This document shows, in pieces, positions 16,113-25,529 of a DNA stretch of 26,434 bases; position 1 is the first letter of the stretch, and the number at the start of each line of letters is the position of its first letter. A program made the position numbers and the translations under genes. The stretch is from contig JBCCQY010000127.1 of NCBI GenBank assembly GCA_039208735.1, forward strand, positions 1 through 26,434, in the 5' to 3' direction. The DNA is from Myxococcota bacterium. Its GTDB lineage: Bacteria > Myxococcota_A > UBA796 > GCA-2862545. Under the pieces are notes generated by a model. That model saw nothing but the letters and a program-made list of their open reading frames with translations. It was not told where the DNA came from and made no database searches.

Positions 16113-18251
16113 ATGCTTTGGCTTCCCCTTGTGAATTTTCTTGTTGGAATGGCAAGTCCGGCATTTGCCGAGATTGCGATCTTCCGTTTTGAATCCGGTC
16201 TTCGTGTGGTGGTGGAACACCAACCTGCCACTCCCTGGGTGGCCACCGCACTGACGTTTGGGTCGGCGGGGGAGGCCGATGTCGCACCGGGCCAGGAGCA
16301 CCTCGCCCACTTGGTCGAACACCTGTGGTTTCGAGCCGGGGAGCCGCTGCCCCATGACCTGCAACTGTCGGCCCTGGGATGCGAGTGGCAGGCGTTCACG
16401 TGGCCCCGCACGATGGACTTTCTCACGACTTGCCCCGCCGATGTCCTCCCCCAACAGCTGGATCTCGAGGTAGCGAAGCTGCAAGGACGGTTGGCAGGGC
16501 TTGACGACACGATGGTGGGTCTGGCTCGCGATGTCGTGGCAATCGAGGTGGCGGCCTATCGGGAGACCGAGGAAACGGCGATCACGAGGACGATTGCGTC
16601 GCAGATGGCGCGCTCGCTCGCGATTCGAGAGCGTCTGGTTCGGCAGGGCCTGGGCGAGGATCTGAGCCCCGCCACCGTGCAGGACTTCGTGGCCCAACAC
16701 CTGACCCCCGAGCAGGCGGTCCTTGCCGTCGTCTCGCCCACGCCTCTGTCCGAACTGAGGCCGCTGCTGGAAGCCCGGTTCGGTCGCGTGGTGTCGACGG
16801 CGCCGGAGGGCCCCGCACCGGCCGGGGAAGAACCGCGTCGCGCGACCTTGCGACCGGACGTTCGCACCGTGGATGCATCGGTCCCTCGCCCCCTGGTGGT
16901 CGTGAGCTGGGAAATGCCCGAAGTGTTGATCCGTTCGGGGTCCGCCCTGACGGGCTGGCTCGAGCAGGCGTTGGTGGAGCGGTTACCCGGAGAAACGCGG
17001 ATCGAGACCCTCGGCTGTCTGGCAAACGCCGCGGTGTCTGTGCCGACGGTGTCGTGCGTGGCCTACCTGGCCGCCCACGTCGATCCGGCCCGCCTTGCTC
17101 GCGAGCTCCGGCCTCGCCTCGATGTTCGAAAGGCGGTGAGCAAGGGGCTCGTGGCGGATGCGTTTGTGGAGGGCGAGGTGCGAAGGTTGCTTTCGGAGGT
17201 CAGCAACCTCGATGAACTCGCTCCGGGACCGCTCAATCGCCCCGCGGTTCTCGCTCACGGGATGCTTCAATCCAATCGCTTGGCGCGATTTGCCCCGCTC
17301 GAGGCATCACGCAAGGTGCGACGAGCCCTCAAGCAGGCGGCCGAAGAGGCGTTCGACCCTTTGCGGGCGCATGTGCTTGCCGTGCGCCCCGTCGAACCGA
17401 GCGTGGTGTTGCCCTCCGCCCGCCCGGCCCCCGATGCGCTCGAGTGGGCTGTGCCTGCCCTGCCAACGGTGGCCACGCTTGTCGATGTCCCCGCGTTGGT
17501 TCGGCCGACGTTCGGGGGGTTGTCCATCGACCGTCCCGACTTTGCCGTGACCCGGGTGCTCACCATCGGTGGCGACGGTCGCGTAGATGTGGACGTCTGG
17601 TTTGGAGAGCCGCTCCCCGAACTGGCCGATGGGGCTTCGCGCATCTTTGTGGGTCGTGAAGTGCCTGCCATGGTCGAGTCGGAGGGGACCGCTTCCGAGC
17701 CCCCAACCGAGTCGGCGTCAGTGACTGCGGGACTTGGACTGACCAGCTTGCGGTGGATGTGCGAGCCCACATCGCCCGCGGTTCTTTTCGTGGCGCGAGA
17801 ACTCCTTCAACAGCGGGCATGGTCCAGCCTTCGGGTGCGCACGGCTTGGAGCTACTACGTGGGTGTATCGGCGTTTGGGGGTCGACTATCCCTGGATGCC
17901 GAAGTCCTCCCGGACGCCGCCGAGCCGGCCGTTGAAGCACTCCGGTCCGCGATTGCGCAGCTTGCCGACGAACCGGTGCCGCCCTATGGGTTGGCCATCG
18001 CGAGGCGTCGGGCGCTCATCTCGGGAAGTGCTGGGCTGGCCCTTCCCCTTCATTGGCCCGCCTTGGTGACCGCCGAGGGTCGATTGCGATCGCCGGGCGA
18101 ACTTACGGATTTACCTGGGGCCATCCGCAAGGTCGATTCGACCGACATCCAATCGCTGTATCAGGCGTGCCGTGAAGCGGAAATCTACGTCATTCCACAA
18201 ACATCCCACACGACGCCTGAACGTCGTACCCCACCCGAGGAATCACCTTGA
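16113..18251 (+). CDS. Secreted M16 (insulinase-family) peptidase-like protein
   Basis: SGLRVVV, HLAHLVEHLWF (HxxEH), AFT, distal VVAIE, and C-terminal LRVRTAWSYYV. Confidence 0.85.
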   Translation: MLWLPLVNFLVGMASPAFAEIAIFRFESGLRVVVEHQPATPWVATALTFGSAGEADVAPGQEHLAHLVEHLWFRAGEPLPHDLQLSALGCEWQAFTWPRTMDFLTTCPADVLPQQLDLEVAKLQGRLAGLDDTMVGLARDVVAIEVAAYRETEETAITRTIASQMARSLAIRERLVRQGLGEDLSPATVQDFVAQHLTPEQAVLAVVSPTPLSELRPLLEARFGRVVSTAPEGPAPAGEEPRRATLRPDVRTVDASVPRPLVVVSWEMPEVLIRSGSALTGWLEQALVERLPGETRIETLGCLANAAVSVPTVSCVAYLAAHVDPARLARELRPRLDVRKAVSKGLVADAFVEGEVRRLLSEVSNLDELAPGPLNRPAVLAHGMLQSNRLARFAPLEASRKVRRALKQAAEEAFDPLRAHVLAVRPVEPSVVLPSARPAPDALEWAVPALPTVATLVDVPALVRPTFGGLSIDRPDFAVTRVLTIGGDGRVDVDVWFGEPLPELADGASRIFVGREVPAMVESEGTASEPPTESASVTAGLGLTSLRWMCEPTSPAVLFVARELLQQRAWSSLRVRTAWSYYVGVSAFGGRLSLDAEVLPDAAEPAVEALRSAIAQLADEPVPPYGLAIARRRALISGSAGLALPLHWPALVTAEGRLRSPGELTDLPGAIRKVDSTDIQSLYQACREAEIYVIPQTSHTTPERRTPPEESP

Positions 18252-19056
18252 CCCGGGCATGAGGGAGTCGTTCGGCGAACCGTGCGGCGTGAGCTTCGAG
18301 GATCGAAGGGTCTGATTCGACGCCGTGCCGGTCGCTGGGCGGGTTGTAGCGCACCAGATTGATGTGACAGAGCAGGCGGTGGGCTTCGAGGGCATCACAC
18401 ACGGCTTCGACGTGCTCTGGAGCATCGTTTTCACCCGCGATGAATGCGTAGTGGATCTTGACGAGCTTGTAGGTGTGGCGTTGCCAACTGGCGAGTCGCG
18501 CAAGGGCGTCCGACACGGGGAGTGCCTTGGGAAGCCAACGACGCCGAAATCCTTCGTCGACGCTGTACAAGCTGTAGTAGATCTCGGGCCGGTAGCGGTC
18601 AAAGACGTCTTCAAGAGCGCGATTGCCAAGCGACTTCGGCAAAATGGTCGAGACGAGGAACCGGGGCTTGAGGTCGACCGCCCGGGCTCGGTGCCAAAGT
18701 CCGTCGAGCACGTCGTCGGCATCGTCGAGCAGGACCGCACTCGCCAGCGGTTCGCCGCGGGCCATGAAGTTGTAGTGCACGACCTTCGCCTGCGGTTGGG
18801 TTTGGACGTGTTCGAGCACCACGTCCGCCTGCTCCCAAAGCTCGGCCTTGGTTGCGTCGCGTAAGGCAGTTTGGCCGGTCGCCGTCAGGTGGCACATGCG
18901 GCACGCTTGCCGGCATCCTGTCTGGGACGACAGGTAGACCACGACGTAGTCGTCGGTGCGACGGACGTAGCGCGCTTCAAGCATTCCGACGTCGACGGTG
19001 CGGGTCCAGTTGACGGAGACATCGACGGTACTGTGGGCAGGAAGAAAGGCGGTCAC
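18190..19056 (-). CDS. RlmN/Cfr-like radical SAM protein (atypical, short)
   Basis: YLSSQTGCRQACRMCH (CxxxCxxC), FMARGEPL, INLVRYNP, GYDVQASCGMF. Start uncertain (GTG 19056 or ATG 19101). Confidence 0.85.
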   Translation of the reverse strand: MTAFLPAHSTVDVSVNWTRTVDVGMLEARYVRRTDDYVVVYLSSQTGCRQACRMCHLTATGQTALRDATKAELWEQADVVLEHVQTQPQAKVVHYNFMARGEPLASAVLLDDADDVLDGLWHRARAVDLKPRFLVSTILPKSLGNRALEDVFDRYRPEIYYSLYSVDEGFRRRWLPKALPVSDALARLASWQRHTYKLVKIHYAFIAGENDAPEHVEAVCDALEAHRLLCHINLVRYNPPSDRHGVESDPSILEAHAARFAERLPHARVKVIPRVGYDVQASCGMFVE

Positions 19057-19099
19057 GGACGGTCCGGGCGGAGGACGGACCAGCGTAATAACGGGGTCC

Positions 19100-19870
19100 A
19101 TGCTGCGCCACCGCGAGCTGCATCTCCCGTCCCACGGCCTCCTCGAAGCGTTCCTGCGACGCATCGCGCGCGACCCCGAGGCCGAGGCCTTTGCGTTGCG
19201 CGGGGGAATGTTGGTTCGCCATTGGTTTCCCGAAATGGGACGAATCGCGCGCGATGTCGATGTGGTTTGTGCTTGGCCCTTTGATCCACCTGCGGTGCGC
19301 CGCAAGCTTGCCGGGCTGCTGGCCCGCGATGTTGGCGATGGGGTCCAGTTCGCACCTCGGTTTCGGACCGACATCATTTGGCCCGACACTCCGCATCCAG
19401 GCATCCGGCTGATCGCGCCGGGACGCTTGGGCGGCGAGTGGGACGAGCTGCACGCCGACCTCACGTTTCGGCTTCCGGTGTGGCCCGAGGCGAGCGTGAA
19501 AGAACTCCGGGTCGAAGGGGGGTCCCCACGGTTGGCCCTGTGTCCCCCGGAGATGTTGATCGCCCGCAAGATCACGGTCACCGCGAATCGCGGACCGCGG
19601 GCGTGGCGTCCGAAAGATCTCGTGGATCTCTGGTGGATGCTCGAACACGGCTCTCCCTCGACGCGCACGGTTGGTGAGGCGGTCGAACGCACGTTGTCGC
19701 TTGCTGCGTGGCGCGATGGGCCAGCTCGTCTCGCGTTTTGGCAGGACCCCATGGCTGCGTCAAGCTGGGGCCGGTTCCTCCGTTTTCAACCGAGTCTACG
19801 CGTGCCTCGAGACCTTGCACGAGTCGTCGGCGACGTCCGCGCACGGCTTCAAACGTTGGGAGAGCCATGA
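19100..19870 (+). CDS. AbiEii/AbiGii-family nucleotidyltransferase (type IV TA toxin-like)
   Basis: FALRGGMLV, RIARDVDV, PEMLIARK and RPKDLVDL motifs. Confidence 0.8.
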   Translation: MLRHRELHLPSHGLLEAFLRRIARDPEAEAFALRGGMLVRHWFPEMGRIARDVDVVCAWPFDPPAVRRKLAGLLARDVGDGVQFAPRFRTDIIWPDTPHPGIRLIAPGRLGGEWDELHADLTFRLPVWPEASVKELRVEGGSPRLALCPPEMLIARKITVTANRGPRAWRPKDLVDLWWMLEHGSPSTRTVGEAVERTLSLAAWRDGPARLAFWQDPMAASSWGRFLRFQPSLRVPRDLARVVGDVRARLQTLGEP

Positions 19871-21423
19871 AGTTGAGTCCCGAACTCTGGCAGGCCGTCC
19901 AAGCTGCTCCCGACGACGACCATCCCCGCTTGGTACTTGCAGATTGGCTTGAAGAGCAGGGCGAGGTGGAGCGTGCAGCGTTCATCCGCGTTCAGGTCGC
20001 GAGAGCGGCCCTGCCCGAGCATGCGCCCGAAGATGTCACGCTGGGGCTATCGGAGCGCGTCCACTGGCGGCCCTCGTGGCAGCAGGCCTCATGGGCGGAA
20101 GGCATGGCGTGGGGGGCCTACCATCGGGGGTTCGTGCGCCAGGTTCGGCTTGCGCAGGCCCAGCAATGGATCGACCAGGGTGCGGCCTGCCTCGATGCGA
20201 CGGTGGTCGAAGGCATCGTTCTGCCGTGGTCTCGGATGGGCGATGTCGGCCCGTTACCTTCGCATCCTCGGCTTCGCGAACTCACGGTCTACGGCACCAT
20301 CGTGGACGCGGCCGACGTCCGTTGGTTGGCCACCAGTCCGATTCTGTCGACGGTGCGTCGGCTGAATCTGCTCGGCAGCGAAATCGACGTCGATGGATTG
20401 GCCACGCTGCTCGAGTCGCCGCACCTCGCCCAACTCGAAGCGCTGGTGCTTCGCAACAACGCGCTATCGGACGCTGCGGTCCCCCTGTTGGGGCAGGCCA
20501 AGGTGAACCTCCGCGAGCTGGACCTCACGGTCCTCACGCAGGAGGAACTCGGAAGTTCTGGGCGCTATCTGCCCACGCTGGGTCCACAAGGCGCGGCTCA
20601 GCTGGCCGAGTGGTCGGGGCTTGCCACGGTCGAGCGGTTGGTGCTCACCGGCCAACAACTCGGAGTAGAAGGCTTCGAAGCGTTGCTCGCATCGCCTCAC
20701 CTGGGTCAGCTGCGTCACTTGTCCATTCGTGGCTGCGCCGACATGGACTGGGAAACCACCGACCTTCGTCCCGATGTCGTGTCCGCTTTTGCGAAAGCCT
20801 CTCCGGAGCTTCGACTGACGTCGTTTGAAATGGCGGAGTTGGATCTTCGCCCCGAGGGGACGGCCGACCTCGTCCGTGCGCTTCCAGGGCTGCAGAGATT
20901 GGCGATGGATCGCATTTTAGGTCCGAAAGACGTCTTCAATCAGCTGGCGGAGGCCCCCTTTGTCGAGCAGCTGCGGTGCCTCGACGTCTCGAACATCAAC
21001 AGCAACGAGGACTTTTGGCCCATCCTGCTCAAACGGACGCCACCCCAGCTGCACACCTTGATTACCACCGCCGACTTTGCGTGGTCCCGCTACGTGGGGC
21101 TGGCGGAGATCCTGGCTAAAAGTCCAGTTCAGCCTTCGACTCGGCGGCTGGTCATTCAGGACGCCGAACTCACCCAGGAAGATGTTGGGGTCTTGGGTCA
21201 GTTGACGACGTTCCCTGCTCTCGAAGCGCTTGAGGTCACCGGCTCGCCACTATCGTGGCACGAACTCGATGTCGATTTCACGGATTTCGTCCTTGCACCT
21301 TTGCCTTCATGCGTGACGAGCTTGGTTGTCGGCGAGGAGAGCCTCAATCGCCTTCCTCCTATCTCAAAGCCTGAAATTACCTACGGTCGGGTCTACGCTG
21401 AGCAGCAGACCTGGGCGTTTTGA
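19867..21423 (+). CDS. TIGR02996 repeat-companion domain plus leucine-rich-repeat protein
   Basis: AVQAAPDDDHPRLVLADWLEEQGEVERAAFIRVQ, RGFV, then LRR-like units (LxxLxLxxNxL). ATGA overlap with the AbiEii stop. Confidence 0.9.
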   Translation: MKLSPELWQAVQAAPDDDHPRLVLADWLEEQGEVERAAFIRVQVARAALPEHAPEDVTLGLSERVHWRPSWQQASWAEGMAWGAYHRGFVRQVRLAQAQQWIDQGAACLDATVVEGIVLPWSRMGDVGPLPSHPRLRELTVYGTIVDAADVRWLATSPILSTVRRLNLLGSEIDVDGLATLLESPHLAQLEALVLRNNALSDAAVPLLGQAKVNLRELDLTVLTQEELGSSGRYLPTLGPQGAAQLAEWSGLATVERLVLTGQQLGVEGFEALLASPHLGQLRHLSIRGCADMDWETTDLRPDVVSAFAKASPELRLTSFEMAELDLRPEGTADLVRALPGLQRLAMDRILGPKDVFNQLAEAPFVEQLRCLDVSNINSNEDFWPILLKRTPPQLHTLITTADFAWSRYVGLAEILAKSPVQPSTRRLVIQDAELTQEDVGVLGQLTTFPALEALEVTGSPLSWHELDVDFTDFVLAPLPSCVTSLVVGEESLNRLPPISKPEITYGRVYAEQQTWAF

Positions 21424-22310
21424 TGCCGTCGCTCGGTACGGTGGCGTTTGCCGTGGGCACGGGGCGCTGCGGTACGACGTTCCTTTCGCGCGCCCTCGGC
21501 CTAGAACCGCGCATTGCGGCGAGCCACGAGCGCCTGCGACTTGCTGCGACCTTCCACATGTACTGCATGTGGCACGGCATCGATGTCGACCCCGAAGGCT
21601 TCCTCATCGATCGGGAGGCGGCGGTCGCCGACGACCTGGGGACACACGATGTGTCGTTCGAGGCCAGCGCCTTGCTTTCGCATTCCATCGCGGTGCTGCA
21701 CGAGCGGTTTAATGCCCGGTTCGTGTGGTTGGTGCGGAACCCAGCGGCAACGGTGGCGTCGTTCGCCGTGCGAGGCTGGTTCGAACGTCCCATTCCGTGG
21801 GGCAACTCGAACTTGCCGCCCTCGTACCGCGAGGGTGAAGAACCCCGGCACTTCCTTGGTCGGAACCTCCCTCGTGGTGAGGGTTGGGCTCGCTTCCGAG
21901 CGCTTCCTCCGATCGGGCGGCTCGGTTGGTTTTGGCAGGCTCGGAATCAGGCCATCTGCGACCAGTTGGCGGGCTTGCCGCCTTCGCACCGCCTGGTCCA
22001 ACGGCTCGAAGATTTGGACTACCCCGCCTACCAGCGAATCGTGGCTTTCCTTGGGCTTGATGCGACATTGGACCCAGCCTCCTTCGAAGCCCTCGCTGCG
22101 GAGCGCATCAATAGTGGGCCAAATCCACCGTCGCCCCTCGATAGCTGGTCGACAGACGATGTCACGAGCTACGAAGCAGAAGTTGCGCCCTTGGCCAACG
22201 CGATTGGCTATACGTTTCGGGTTGACGCGCTCCGTGCGGGTACGCACCCTTGCCACGAGCCGCTGCCTCCATTCGAAACGATTCGCGCCCGACTGCACCC
22301 GTCGGGATGA
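21423..22310 (+). CDS. Sulfotransferase-family protein
   Basis: GTGRCGTTFL (5'-PSB loop), WLVRNP...VAS (3'-PB), RLEDL...IVAFLGL. TGATG overlap with the upstream stop. Confidence 0.8.
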   Translation: MPSLGTVAFAVGTGRCGTTFLSRALGLEPRIAASHERLRLAATFHMYCMWHGIDVDPEGFLIDREAAVADDLGTHDVSFEASALLSHSIAVLHERFNARFVWLVRNPAATVASFAVRGWFERPIPWGNSNLPPSYREGEEPRHFLGRNLPRGEGWARFRALPPIGRLGWFWQARNQAICDQLAGLPPSHRLVQRLEDLDYPAYQRIVAFLGLDATLDPASFEALAAERINSGPNPPSPLDSWSTDDVTSYEAEVAPLANAIGYTFRVDALRAGTHPCHEPLPPFETIRARLHPSG

Positions 22311-22319
22311 GAGGGCCCG

Positions 22320-22925
22320 ATGAATCCCGAGAGTCTCTTTGGCACCGAACCTTGCCCTTTCGTCCAGATCTATGATGAAGGACGGGTGATCACGATTCCT
22401 GGCCTGTTGGACGATGCTCAGTGCACCGCACTCAAAGCCTGGACGGCGCGCCACGAATGGGAGACCGAAGCCCCCATCACGACGGCCCAAGGGTTCGTGG
22501 CCGCACCGAATGTGCGCAACAATGCTCGTCTGATCGTGGATGAGGAGGCGTGGGCGAACCAGTTGTGGTTGCGCCTTGGTCCGGTGTTTGCGGAACTCCT
22601 CCCTGGAGTGCCGGGGATCGGCATCAACGAGCGGTTTCGCTTTTATCGGTACGGGCCAGGCCAATACTTCCGCGACCACTATGACGGGTCCTATCGTCGA
22701 CCCGGAACAAACGAAGAAAGCATGTTTACCTTGATGATCTATCTGTCGGAGGTCGAGAAGGGTTGGCTCACCCGCTTTCACGATGCCGAAGTGGCGGTCA
22801 CCCCGGAGCCTGGACTGGCGTGCGCATTCCTTCATCGCCAACTGCACGAGGGCGAGGAAGTCTTGCAAGGTGAGAAGTGGGTTTTACGGACGGATGTGAT
22901 GTTCGATCTCACGTCCATTCGGTGA
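22320..22925 (+). CDS. 2OG-Fe(II) oxygenase (prolyl 4-hydroxylase-like)
   Basis: RFYRYGPGQYFRDHYDG (HxD), TLMIYL, LHEG...GEKWVLRTDV. Confidence 0.92.
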   Translation: MNPESLFGTEPCPFVQIYDEGRVITIPGLLDDAQCTALKAWTARHEWETEAPITTAQGFVAAPNVRNNARLIVDEEAWANQLWLRLGPVFAELLPGVPGIGINERFRFYRYGPGQYFRDHYDGSYRRPGTNEESMFTLMIYLSEVEKGWLTRFHDAEVAVTPEPGLACAFLHRQLHEGEEVLQGEKWVLRTDVMFDLTSIR

Positions 22926-22964
22926 CCTGGGCTCGCGTTACCCCGAGCCGTGGAGGAAGCCTTC

Positions 22965-23732
22965 ATGAATCGGCGGCTATTGGTCGGCGTGGTCGGGTTC
23001 ATCGTGGTCTTGGCGATGTTGCCGGTGGGCGTGTTCGGGATTGGTCTGATGGTCGCTCGTTCGGGCAACCTGCCGGTGGAGCCGGGGTCGACTCTGGCGG
23101 AGGGTCGGGTGACCCTGATCTCGGAGTCGCTCACCAACGCCTTCGTGATTCGGATCGATGACGGCGTTGTCCTCATCGATGCGGGGGTCAGCCCTGAAGG
23201 CATGGTGGAGGCCCTTGCCGCGGTGGACGTCGACCCTCAAGACGTTCGGGCCGTCTTTCTGACCCACGGCCAGTACGACCACGTGGGCGGGCTCGACGCG
23301 TTTCCCGGGGCGCTGATCTACGCCGCTGAGGCGGAAATCCCCCTGTTGACGGGCCGGGCGATTCCGCAAAGCCCCGCGGGTCAGTTCATTGGCCCCAACG
23401 ATGCGCATGTCTCGTTGCAGCAGGCGCTTCACGATGGCGATGAGGTCATGGTCGGCGATCTAAAAGTTACCGCTTACCTTTTGCCTGGCTACACCATGGG
23501 GTCGATGGCCTACCTTGCGGCCGGTGTGTTGTTCCTGGGTGACAATGCCGGCGCGGCTGCAGATGGTTCCATCAAGCAGGCGCCCTGGGTGTTCACGGCG
23601 GATCGAGCGCAGAATCACGCCTCGCTTGTCGCGCTGCGCGACCGCCTCCCTGCCCAGCGGGTCACAGGCCTTGCGTTTGGTCGCACGGGGTCGCTGTCGA
23701 GTGTCGAACCGTTCCTCGCATACGGCCGCTGA
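22965..23732 (+). CDS. Membrane-anchored MBL-fold protein with degenerate metal-binding motifs
   Basis: VVLIDAG, FLTHGQYDHVGG, PGYTMGS, LFLGD, FGRT; GGAGG RBS; N-terminal TM segment. Confidence 0.85.
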   Translation: MNRRLLVGVVGFIVVLAMLPVGVFGIGLMVARSGNLPVEPGSTLAEGRVTLISESLTNAFVIRIDDGVVLIDAGVSPEGMVEALAAVDVDPQDVRAVFLTHGQYDHVGGLDAFPGALIYAAEAEIPLLTGRAIPQSPAGQFIGPNDAHVSLQQALHDGDEVMVGDLKVTAYLLPGYTMGSMAYLAAGVLFLGDNAGAAADGSIKQAPWVFTADRAQNHASLVALRDRLPAQRVTGLAFGRTGSLSSVEPFLAYGR

Positions 23733-23799
23733 CCGAAACTTCACTCCGGCGAATGTGACAGCGAGCCCCCCCAAGCGCTACCGTCAGCGGGGGGCGACG

Positions 23800-25323
23800 A
23801 TGCGTGGAGCGTGGATCGGGTTCGCGGTGGTGATGAGCACGGCGTGTCGGGGGGAAGATCCTCTCGAATCCGAACGCTGGCTCGACCCGAGTGCGGCGGT
23901 GGCGACGGTGGCTGATTCGGTTCACGCCTTCGATGTCAATGCCTTCGATCTCGCAGGGCCTTCCGGCGCAACCTACGGCAAGGAACCTGAAATCATCGTA
24001 CGGTCCGCCGAAGGCGCATTGTTTGTGTTGGCTCACGACTATGGCGACGATGTGCGGCAACCGATCGGTGCTACGCTGCTGCGACTCGATCGCACAGCTG
24101 AGACCTACATTGTGACCCAGGTCCAGCGTCTCGCCAATCCGGTGTTCCTCGACCGGTTGGTGGGCTTTGACCGTTCGCCGAACGGGGACCTGTTTATCGC
24201 GAGCGCGATCGATGAAGATGACATTGTCGATGCGAACTATCCGGCGAACGACCAGTACCGACAGGGCATCGTCCATGTCTCGCAGCTCTCACCCGAGGGC
24301 GAAGTGGTCCGCCAGGTAGACCTCGACGTTGCGCGAACCGGGGGGCCGGCAACGGGCCGAGTGCAACAGGTCATCAACCCCATGGTCGCGGCGTCGGGTC
24401 GGCTCGCCTACGGCGACGGACACATCGCAGTGACGCATGGCATCAACACCGTGCCCGATCCTGAAATCGACAACCGTCGTCACCAGAAGAAGCTCACCAC
24501 CGTGGTCGACATGACCACGGGAACGGTGGTGCGTGATTCCACCACGTGGGTGAGTCACTCGTTTGACCATCGCCTGATCTTCGATGGGGAGGCGTTTGTC
24601 GAGATGCACCTCGGCGACGCGTTTCCGCGACACGTAACGGTGGGCCGCACCCCGCTCGGGAGCGATGGGCGGGTGCAAGGCTACCCCGTCTTTGGCATCA
24701 AGGGCGGTGTGGGGGCCAACGTCACGCGGACACGGCTCGGCGGGCTGGTCGCACTTCCGGATGAGGGCTTCAGCCATCTTGCGGTGTTTGTGGGCGAACG
24801 AACGGTCGGGACGGCGGATGTGGGCGGTGTGCGCAATGTGGCGGGTTCCCGAGACGTTGGTATGACGCGGTTTGTACGGGGGTTTACCGCCCAGGAGGGG
24901 CCGCATCTTGATCCCTCATTGCCCGACACGATGACCGCAGCTGAGGTGACGGTTTCCATGCGTTGGTTGACGGACCACGATGCGACGGAGGGGCGTCGCC
25001 ACGCCGATCGGCCGCACGTCGTGGGTCTCGGCGCAGACCGGTACCTCGTGCTTTGGGAGGAGTGGGACCTCGGGCCTACGCTGTCGGAGGAGACGTTCGA
25101 CGGCACGTTCGGGATGATCATCGACAGCTCGGGCCGGTCGGTGGTTCCGGTCGCTCGGTTGAGCGAAGACCGGCTGCCCCGAGGCGACGACGCGGTGGCG
25201 GTGCGGATGCCCGGTGCGCTGCGCAAGGCGGGAGCCTGGGTGACGGCGGACTTCGAAAGCGGAGCGATGACGGTGCACGTCGTGGATAGCGACCTGCAGT
25301 ACGAGACCTTTGAGGTGCCGTGA
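23800..25323 (+). CDS. Hypothetical beta-rich lipoprotein
   Basis: MRGAWIGFAVVMSTAC lipobox-like signal; long beta-strand-rich ORF with host-like codon usage. Confidence 0.75.
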   Translation: MRGAWIGFAVVMSTACRGEDPLESERWLDPSAAVATVADSVHAFDVNAFDLAGPSGATYGKEPEIIVRSAEGALFVLAHDYGDDVRQPIGATLLRLDRTAETYIVTQVQRLANPVFLDRLVGFDRSPNGDLFIASAIDEDDIVDANYPANDQYRQGIVHVSQLSPEGEVVRQVDLDVARTGGPATGRVQQVINPMVAASGRLAYGDGHIAVTHGINTVPDPEIDNRRHQKKLTTVVDMTTGTVVRDSTTWVSHSFDHRLIFDGEAFVEMHLGDAFPRHVTVGRTPLGSDGRVQGYPVFGIKGGVGANVTRTRLGGLVALPDEGFSHLAVFVGERTVGTADVGGVRNVAGSRDVGMTRFVRGFTAQEGPHLDPSLPDTMTAAEVTVSMRWLTDHDATEGRRHADRPHVVGLGADRYLVLWEEWDLGPTLSEETFDGTFGMIIDSSGRSVVPVARLSEDRLPRGDDAVAVRMPGALRKAGAWVTADFESGAMTVHVVDSDLQYETFEVP

Positions 25324-25328
25324 ACGGA

Positions 25329-25349
25329 TGGCCTTCGTCGCTGCGCTCC
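25329..25349 (+). repeat. Truncated copy of the terminal REP-like repeat
   Basis: TGGCCTTCGTCGCTGCGCTCC is identical to 26329-26349 and 26412-26432. Confidence 0.9.
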
Positions 25350-25529
25350 CTGATTGTGACGACACGAACCCTTCGATTCATCCTGCGGCGACAGTGAGCC
25401 CGGCGTACTCGGGTGCTACATCACCTCTCGGTGATCACGATTGCAATTGCCAGGAATTCGATGTGGAATTCTTGATACTGTTGGTTTCCGAACCAATCCT
25501 GTTCAACACTAACAACGGTGGAATGAAAC

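Noticed and set aside
14487..19752. Long N-terminal extensions in the ORF track (16700, 19752; likewise 10069, 11884, 4090, 23515)
   Set aside because: They overlap better-supported genes or RNAs. Internal starts with an RBS, signal peptide or domain boundary fit better.
8816..19870. One RNA-conflict system uniting the tRNA mimic and slipin with the RlmN-like and AbiEii genes
   Set aside because: The theme is attractive, but the two groups are ~8 kb apart with unrelated genes in mixed orientation between them. There is no sequence evidence of linkage.
49..25381. Numerous Arg/Pro/Ala-rich alternative-frame and antisense ORFs (e.g. 1554-2414, 9598-10356, 12195-13634, 15009-16100, 21501-22868)
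   Set aside because: These are shadow ORFs expected at high GC. They have no motifs and overlap recognisable genes.
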